64,000 bases of DNA from a virus. Shown here piece by piece: positions 58,759-64,000 of the stretch (positions within the stretch are counted from its first letter, which is position 1; every line of letters starts with the position of its first letter). The position numbers were made by a program, and so were the translations under genes. The stretch covers positions 32,001-96,000 of the IMG/VR virus record IMGVR_UViG_3300020578_000017; one strand, written 5' to 3'. A model generated the notes under the pieces. The model saw only the letters and a program-made list of their open reading frames with translations. It searched no databases and was not told the origin of the DNA.

Positions 58759-59630
58759 AACGGTACTGAACCTAGCTTAAGCTTTAGGATTAAAGTCTTT
58801 AGATGAAGATCTTTATTGTAAAAGTTAGGGACATTTTTAATCAAGTCTCTAAAGCATATGATTGCAAAAACTGCAAAGTCAAAGCTATACCTATCTAGCC
58901 AGTTTTTATACTCGTCGATAAGGTCCGTGTTTACAACTAAATCTGTCTGTCCCTTGAAAACTTTAATTAAGTCATAAAGTAAGTTTAGTCCAATAGAGAC
59001 AAACTCTTCCGTATTGTCTTTTAGCTTTTCTGGAACTGTTAGATTATCTTCAGTAATAAACTTTACTTCACTTAAAAATGACCAGACAAGATTACGGCTT
59101 TCGATAAAGTTACCAGAAGCGACTTCATCTGCTGTTTTGAATGAACCGTTTGCTATTTTTGCATAATGCTCATTCCAAAGATTGTACTTGTTTTGAAGAT
59201 AGCTTGAAATAGATTCTTCTGTCAGCAAGTTGAACTCAAGCGTAACGCACCTGGAGTAGATCGGATAAGATACTTTATCAGACTCTTTAGCGGTAAGTAT
59301 GAAGTAGACTCCAGGCTTTGGATCTTCTAAGCTTTTTAGTAAGATAGACGCTGATGGTCCTGTAAGCTTATCTACCTCGGCTATTAAGAAAACTGCCGAG
59401 GTATTCTCACGGTATAGCTTTAGTAGCTCTCTAACTTGATTGACTTTGAAGGAACCGTCTTCTGGATAGAACTCATAAATATTAAGAGAAATATGCTTGG
59501 CAAGCTCTCTTGCTGTAGTTACTTTTCCAACGCCATCTGGTCCGCAAAACATCATCGTAGGAGGAAGATTAGTAATCCTGCTCTCTAAGAATTGTTTTAC
59601 TTCGTTTTGTCCTAATATATCCATAATCAA
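58755..59630 (-). CDS. holB: HolB (Pol III delta-prime)-like clamp-loader subunit
   Basis: DILGQ, FCGPDGVGKVT, KVNQVREL, LLKSLEDP, IYSRC. Confidence 0.8.
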   Translation of the reverse strand: MIMDILGQNEVKQFLESRITNLPPTMMFCGPDGVGKVTTARELAKHISLNIYEFYPEDGSFKVNQVRELLKLYRENTSAVFLIAEVDKLTGPSASILLKSLEDPKPGVYFILTAKESDKVSYPIYSRCVTLEFNLLTEESISSYLQNKYNLWNEHYAKIANGSFKTADEVASGNFIESRNLVWSFLSEVKFITEDNLTVPEKLKDNTEEFVSIGLNLLYDLIKVFKGQTDLVVNTDLIDEYKNWLDRYSFDFAVFAIICFRDLIKNVPNFYNKDLHLKTLILKLKLGSVPL

Positions 59631-60283
59631 AACAAGAACCTTGAAGGGCCGTTAACGCAGAGACTCTTGACTCTCTCAATATTATCATAGACCTCACAGT
59701 TACCCTTCAATGGGCAGAAGTTGCACTTACCTGTAACTTTGACACTGTACTCACCTTTTGCTAGCCATGATGAAATACGCTGTATTATCTCAAAGTTTTC
59801 TACCGGAGGTTCGACTGACAAATGTTCTGTTCCAGTAGTCAGCCAGGCTCTGTCTGCCTTAACACCTAAATCTCTAAGAGCTTGTAAGGCTACACAGATA
59901 GATAGTAAATGATTATCTTTTATGTTTTTTGGCAAACTCTTCAGAAAGAATATAGGCTCAACTAAACCACTGACGACCCTTACTGCGAAGCAGTTGACAA
60001 ACACAGACAAGCTCTTGCTATAAAGCAAGACTTGTGAATCTTCGTCGTCACCACCAAAGAAATAAGGTTCGTTGTCCCATAAGTTCTTGTTGCACACATT
60101 GTGCAGCATATCCATATAGGCAACAAGGTCCTCTCTATTGAGGACCTTGTCTTCTTCTGAAGCGTTAACTTCGTTTCTTAGTCTATAGAATTCGTGGCAG
60201 TAGTAATAAGCCAGGAGTTCATCTATTCTAAAAACCAAACGACTCACTAGTCTCCAGTTCATAGCTAAAGTAAAGTTCATCAA
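59627..60283 (-). CDS. Degenerate Cas4/AddB-like protein (Fe-S cysteines kept, catalytic motif not visible)
   Basis: YYYCHEFY and CNFCPLKGNC parallel YQECPERY and CRFCAYKNEC of 35019..35867. Confidence 0.45.
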   Translation of the reverse strand: MMNFTLAMNWRLVSRLVFRIDELLAYYYCHEFYRLRNEVNASEEDKVLNREDLVAYMDMLHNVCNKNLWDNEPYFFGGDDEDSQVLLYSKSLSVFVNCFAVRVVSGLVEPIFFLKSLPKNIKDNHLLSICVALQALRDLGVKADRAWLTTGTEHLSVEPPVENFEIIQRISSWLAKGEYSVKVTGKCNFCPLKGNCEVYDNIERVKSLCVNGPSRFLF

Positions 60284-60563
60284 TGCCTGAAATCGCAGTC
60301 AAAACATCTCTTACTGCATCTGCTTCATAATCCTGAAAAGGCTCTGGGTCCTTTACGATATGAAGACCTCGCTTTTTACTTGTACGAGCAAGCAAACGGG
60401 AGTCATCACCAAAATCAATATCTAGATTGTCAATTACTTTCTGAAGTTCCTTTGTTGTATCAAAGTCACCTACAACTTTAATCCAGATAGGCTCTTCAGT
60501 GTTGTTATCATTATACGACATGATATGTAATATCTTTTTCCTTTTATTAGTTACTACCGCCAA
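60228..60563 (-). CDS. Hypothetical protein
   Basis: Up to 111 aa; start uncertain (TTG 60563 or an internal ATG). Confidence 0.5.
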   Translation of the reverse strand: MAVVTNKRKKILHIMSYNDNNTEEPIWIKVVGDFDTTKELQKVIDNLDIDFGDDSRLLARTSKKRGLHIVKDPEPFQDYEADAVRDVLTAISGIDELYFSYELETSESFGF

Positions 60564-60589
60564 ACCAATATAGTAAATACTGGATTCTC

Positions 60590-61021
60590 ATGATAAAGAA
60601 TTTTCTAGCAACTGCTGTACTTCTTTGCTCTACCTACAAACCTGTTGAATATCCTAAAAATATGGAAAGTCCACATTTTCATGTACAGGAAAATGGAGAT
60701 GGCATCAAGTACTGGATAGTTCTAGAACCAAAGTGTGTAGTAGAAACCGTATACACCAAAGGCGATCCAATAGGAACTGAAATTACAATACTTGACCCAG
60801 AAAATACCGATCAAAAATCGATAGTTAATTTTGTCAACTCTATCGAAGGTATCGATCAAGAAACTTATCCTATGACCTTTGCCGGTATGAATGAAGATCA
60901 TTCTCAAATGTATACGCTAACAAGCAGCGAACACATACTTTTGTGGAAACGTAATCCTTCTACCGAAAAGATAGAAAAGATTATCATTGTCTACCACAAA
61001 CAGAATGAGTTACACTTTTAA
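60590..61021 (+). CDS. Hypothetical exported or lipoprotein-like protein
   Basis: Only ORF covering the gap; MIKNFLATAVLLC signal-like N-terminus. Confidence 0.55.
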   Translation: MIKNFLATAVLLCSTYKPVEYPKNMESPHFHVQENGDGIKYWIVLEPKCVVETVYTKGDPIGTEITILDPENTDQKSIVNFVNSIEGIDQETYPMTFAGMNEDHSQMYTLTSSEHILLWKRNPSTEKIEKIIIVYHKQNELHF

Positions 61022-61792
61022 AGCGTAACCTTCGATAAACATAAACTTGAACAGGTAGTACGGTAAATATCCGTAACCATGATCTCCCCAGCTTTTGCTC
61101 CAGGAGTTTCTGATAGTAAACCTTTGAAATAGGTCATCATACCCGACGATAGTCACGGCGTGCTGGCCTATTTTCTTTCCATTTTTATCAGGAGGTGAAA
61201 TCTCACCTGTCCGATAAACAAAAACCCCAAACAGGCTCTCATACACATCTAACAAGACAGCTACTGGTAGACCTTCTACCAAGCAAGCTTTGACTTCTTC
61301 TAACCTTTCAAGTCTGTAAGCTTTTTTAACTTTTGCAGATCTTGCTAACATTTCTATTTCATCGCTGCCATAAGATTGCAAAGTAGCTAAATTGTGTTCA
61401 CCTAATCTTTCAGGACAGCAACCTTTAGTTCTTAGAACTTCAATTGCGTCTACAAAACTGGTAACTGTATTTCTTGAGTCAATGAAAAGGGCATTTTTGT
61501 CTTTATCATAAACATACAAAGAAGAAAGTCTATAGCTTTTTTCTGGGTAAGCCTTCTTAAAAACAAACTCAAGACAACCACTAACAAGAGAAATACCGAT
61601 AGAAGATTCAATTGGACCTTGATCCATGACTTCTTCAAAAAGATTGGAATCTCTTAGATCTACCTTCAAGGGTTTTTTGGCTAGAACCTTGAAAATATTT
61701 CTAAAAGCATATCTGTCAGTAAGTAGTAATCTCTTTAGATCTCTCTTACTAGCTGAAGCTTTTACAGTATACACAGTATTTTTAGGTTTCAT
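61010..61792 (-). CDS. Papain-family (C1A) peptidase homolog with Ser at the catalytic Cys position
   Basis: VDLR, DQGPIESS, QHAVTIVGYDD, IRNSW..SWGD.GYGYLPY. Confidence 0.85.
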   Translation of the reverse strand: MKPKNTVYTVKASASKRDLKRLLLTDRYAFRNIFKVLAKKPLKVDLRDSNLFEEVMDQGPIESSIGISLVSGCLEFVFKKAYPEKSYRLSSLYVYDKDKNALFIDSRNTVTSFVDAIEVLRTKGCCPERLGEHNLATLQSYGSDEIEMLARSAKVKKAYRLERLEEVKACLVEGLPVAVLLDVYESLFGVFVYRTGEISPPDKNGKKIGQHAVTIVGYDDLFQRFTIRNSWSKSWGDHGYGYLPYYLFKFMFIEGYALKV

Positions 61793-62057
61793 CTAAGAAA
61801 TTAGTTTCAATAGAAACTTACTAAATTGTCAAAGTACTTTATTAGATCTTTTTATGATCTGAAAGATTTAATTTAATCACCTTACTACTAATCATACTCT
61901 TGAACGTTTTGAACTTCGTCTTCTTGCTTATCAGCTTTATCGTACTTGTTCTTATCGTCTTCGTCGTCGTCAACTTATTCGTCTTAGTTTTTTTTTAAAG
62001 TTTGATCCCTTTGGGATAATTCCAAAGTTAGATAGTTATCTACTTACTTGAATTGAA

Positions 62058-62144
62058 GTTCCGTGAGTAGCTGTAAGGAACGGATTGGTTTGCTTGACCG
62101 TGTACCGTAGCAATTTTCTGCTCCGTCTTCCAACTCCTTATAGG
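62058..62144 (-). ncRNA. Possible structured leader/ncRNA with its own promoter
   Basis: TTCAAA-N18-TATAAG promoter; GGAAGACGGA/TCCGTTCC and TTGCT/AGCAA nested stems. Confidence 0.3.
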
Positions 62145-62183
62145 AGATTTACTGGAATCTTTTGAAAGAAATTATGAAAAAAT

Positions 62184-62528
62184 TTACAGTTCGCCGTCTT
62201 TGACGAGACCAGATTCTTCGATGAAACCTGTCGAAAAGTACTCAATAAGATAAACATCAAGAGCTTCGTCAGGAGTAGAGTCACGATGCTCTCCTGTCTC
62301 CTGGCTGTAAATATCGTAATACGTATTTACCAAGAACAAGTCAAACTTCGTATTGACAAGAAGAGGCATCAAGCCTGTCTCTTTGAAATATCTTTCTATT
62401 TGTCCAAGATGTAAAAAATGTACGATGTTTTCCGTATTTTTTACTTTATAGCTTTTACCGCCGAGAGATGCATATAGTGAAACTTCTCTGCGTACTAAGC
62501 TGATATCTTTCTTTGGAGGTTTCAACAA
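62184..62528 (-). CDS. Hypothetical protein
   Basis: GGAGG SD plus TTG start. Confidence 0.6.
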   Translation of the reverse strand: MLKPPKKDISLVRREVSLYASLGGKSYKVKNTENIVHFLHLGQIERYFKETGLMPLLVNTKFDLFLVNTYYDIYSQETGEHRDSTPDEALDVYLIEYFSTGFIEESGLVKDGEL

Positions 62529-62574
62529 ATACCTCCCTTTACGGATAATAGTGTTGTTACTCTAACCTAAAATA

Positions 62575-63039
62575 TCAAAGAATCTTGGAAGACAAAACAC
62601 AACCTGTCAGAAATTCTGCATCCTGAGGCTCTACACGGCCCTGTATGACTTCTTTTAGAACGTCTAGATACTTCGGGAGGTTGAGTATTTCTGATTGAAC
62701 CTCAAGCCTCTGAGATTCCCTTTCAGCAACATCCTCTACCTTGCCGACTCTTTTGAAGGTTGGTGCATGCTCTGAGTACAAGGATACTGTCTTCAGGCTA
62801 TTAATGTTTATGTTTCCCTGGGCAGTTTCAAAAGCTTCTCTGTCAAGACAATGATGAAAAATTCCATAATGTAAATTTTCTGGTGTTAGCTCAATGAACT
62901 CATCGAATGGCTCTAACCAGAAAAGATGAATGTCGATGTAGAAGCCATCTTGTTCGTGAGAATGGCGAAACCAACCTTTGAACTTAGTCCCGATCTCATC
63001 GCTTAGAGAGACCCAGGAATCATTCATCATAGTTTGCAT
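62575..63039 (-). CDS. Hypothetical protein
   Basis: 154-aa ORF in a packed operon. Confidence 0.55.
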   Translation of the reverse strand: MQTMMNDSWVSLSDEIGTKFKGWFRHSHEQDGFYIDIHLFWLEPFDEFIELTPENLHYGIFHHCLDREAFETAQGNININSLKTVSLYSEHAPTFKRVGKVEDVAERESQRLEVQSEILNLPKYLDVLKEVIQGRVEPQDAEFLTGCVLSSKIL

Positions 63040-63298
63040 CTTGTTCTTCCTGCATGGAAATCATACTTGCAATAAGTCCTGTTGCTCTGTACGTTTGTAA
63101 AAAAGCATCTTCTGGTCTTATATTCATATATAGTAAAGGTTGCCCTTTGTCAGGAACTACAATAGAAATTATACCTTTTAGAGTAATATCTTTTGTTTCT
63201 TCTACGATTGCATCAAATAACTCTCGGGTTTTTTCGTCGTTATACTTTGAAACATCGATAACCTTGAAAGACTTAATCTTCTTTTTCTTCTTTGACAT
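63020..63298 (-). CDS. Hypothetical protein
   Basis: 92 aa; overlaps both neighbours. Confidence 0.55.
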   Translation of the reverse strand: MSKKKKKIKSFKVIDVSKYNDEKTRELFDAIVEETKDITLKGIISIVVPDKGQPLLYMNIRPEDAFLQTYRATGLIASMISMQEEQDANYDE

Positions 63299-63653
63299 TA
63301 CTCTTACTCAATCTTTTGATAAGGTATTCAATTTTATCTAGCTTGTCAGCTATTTCTGCAACCGATAGTCTGTTTTCAAGATTACTTACATAAGACTCTT
63401 CCAAGGTTTTACGATCTCTATCCGCTGCTCTGTTTTGACTCATAAGAACAAAACAAGCTGAGATAGCAGCTTCCGTAGATAAGGCAAGATTTAAAAAGAT
63501 GAATGGAAAAGGATCAAAGACATAAGCGCTACCTGACGTATTGAAGGTAACCCAAGCTATTATAAGAATAGCATGAAAAATAAAACCTTTCCAACTACCT
63601 ACAAAGTTGGTTATATTATCACTTAAATGTTGTGTTAAAGATTTTTTTCTCAT
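63273..63653 (-). CDS. DUF1003-family membrane protein
   Basis: FVGSW.., W..FN...FDPFPFIFLNL.LS.EAA...LMSQNR. Confidence 0.85.
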   Translation of the reverse strand: MRKKSLTQHLSDNITNFVGSWKGFIFHAILIIAWVTFNTSGSAYVFDPFPFIFLNLALSTEAAISACFVLMSQNRAADRDRKTLEESYVSNLENRLSVAEIADKLDKIEYLIKRLSKSNVKEEKED

Positions 63654-63862
63654 TTACTGGCCTCAAACTCATCAGAAAGATGATTTCTGAAACATTCTTT
63701 ACAAAAAGTGTATTGTTTTTTATATTTTCTGGTATCAGATTTCTTTGTTACATAAAAAACATCTGCGTGAGTCATTAAATACTCCAGGCAGTTGGCACAA
63801 TAAGATATTGCTCGTTCTGGTGCGTCAAAAGCGGATAGCTTCATTCTGATTCGAAAAATCAT
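63650..63862 (-). CDS. Small zinc-finger protein
   Basis: CANC...CKEC; ATGA overlaps at both ends. Confidence 0.55.
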   Translation of the reverse strand: MIFRIRMKLSAFDAPERAISYCANCLEYLMTHADVFYVTKKSDTRKYKKQYTFCKECFRNHLSDEFEASK

Positions 63863-63999
63863 AGGACGCTTCCAAAGGTAGGGGGAAGCGGAACGGGTGA
63901 CATTGGCACAGGAGTGACGCTGACTTGTGCAGCAGGGCTACCAGCAGTGGATATGGTCCCTGGTGGAGCAATCAGTGCCGGTGGAATAGTCACGTTAAC
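63859..63999 (-). CDS. Partial C-terminus of a Pro/Gly-rich protein (possibly structural)
   Basis: ...VNVTIPPALIAPPGTISTAGSPAAQVSVTPVPMSPVPLPPTFGSVL*; stop overlaps the ATG at 63862. Confidence 0.55.
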   Translation of the reverse strand, partial: VNVTIPPALIAPPGTISTAGSPAAQVSVTPVPMSPVPLPPTFGSVL

Positions 64000-64000
64000 C

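Noticed and set aside
61880-61980. tmRNA-like tag or tRNA in the intergenic gap (minus frame VDDDEDDKNK...YD then TAG TAG TAA)
   Set aside because: No tRNA-like ends, T-loop or ALAA-type C-terminus recognisable.
3663-63341. Numerous other plus-strand and nested ORFs (e.g. 3663, 7030, 11098, 18789, 36922, 50256, 52931, 53825, 57152)
   Set aside because: All lie within well-supported minus-strand genes and have antisense-type composition.
1-64000. Stop-codon reassignment
   Set aside because: Genes are intact and tightly packed under the standard code; TAG ends the capsid gene before a terminator, and TGA occurs in normal ATGA/GTGA overlaps.

Overview
The window is a 64 kb segment of a large, tailed dsDNA bacteriophage genome (Caudoviricetes, probably jumbo-sized). 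It is densely coded and almost entirely on the minus strand, uses the standard genetic code, and shows no tRNAs, CRISPR arrays, inteins or transposons. In transcription order (high to low coordinates) it holds: small accessory genes and a 390-bp non-coding gap; a papain-like gene; HolB/HolA clamp-loader subunits; four large mosaic fibre genes followed by two GT4 glycosyltransferases; a recombination/replication block (SSB-like, RuvC, RecA, split SbcC, SbcD, Cas4-like nuclease, inverted peptide deformylase, primase, DUF932, DnaX); a NusG paralog and a sigma-region-4 protein; the head module (terminase, portal, prohead protease, scaffold, decoration, major capsid); head-fibre and neck genes; and an actin-like ATPase module. 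Most notable observations: (1) a recurring [K/R]-x-A-S motif in head-module proteins that looks like a maturation-protease cleavage code; (2) a 2x2 combinatorial set of fibre genes next to glycosyltransferases; (3) a -1 frameshift candidate with slippery site and stem-loop at ~2780-2830; (4) an actin-like module; (5) split or truncated replication machines and two apparent pseudoenzymes; (6) a probable ATT start codon; (7) a possible structured leader RNA. All calls come from motif reading only; no database searches were run.
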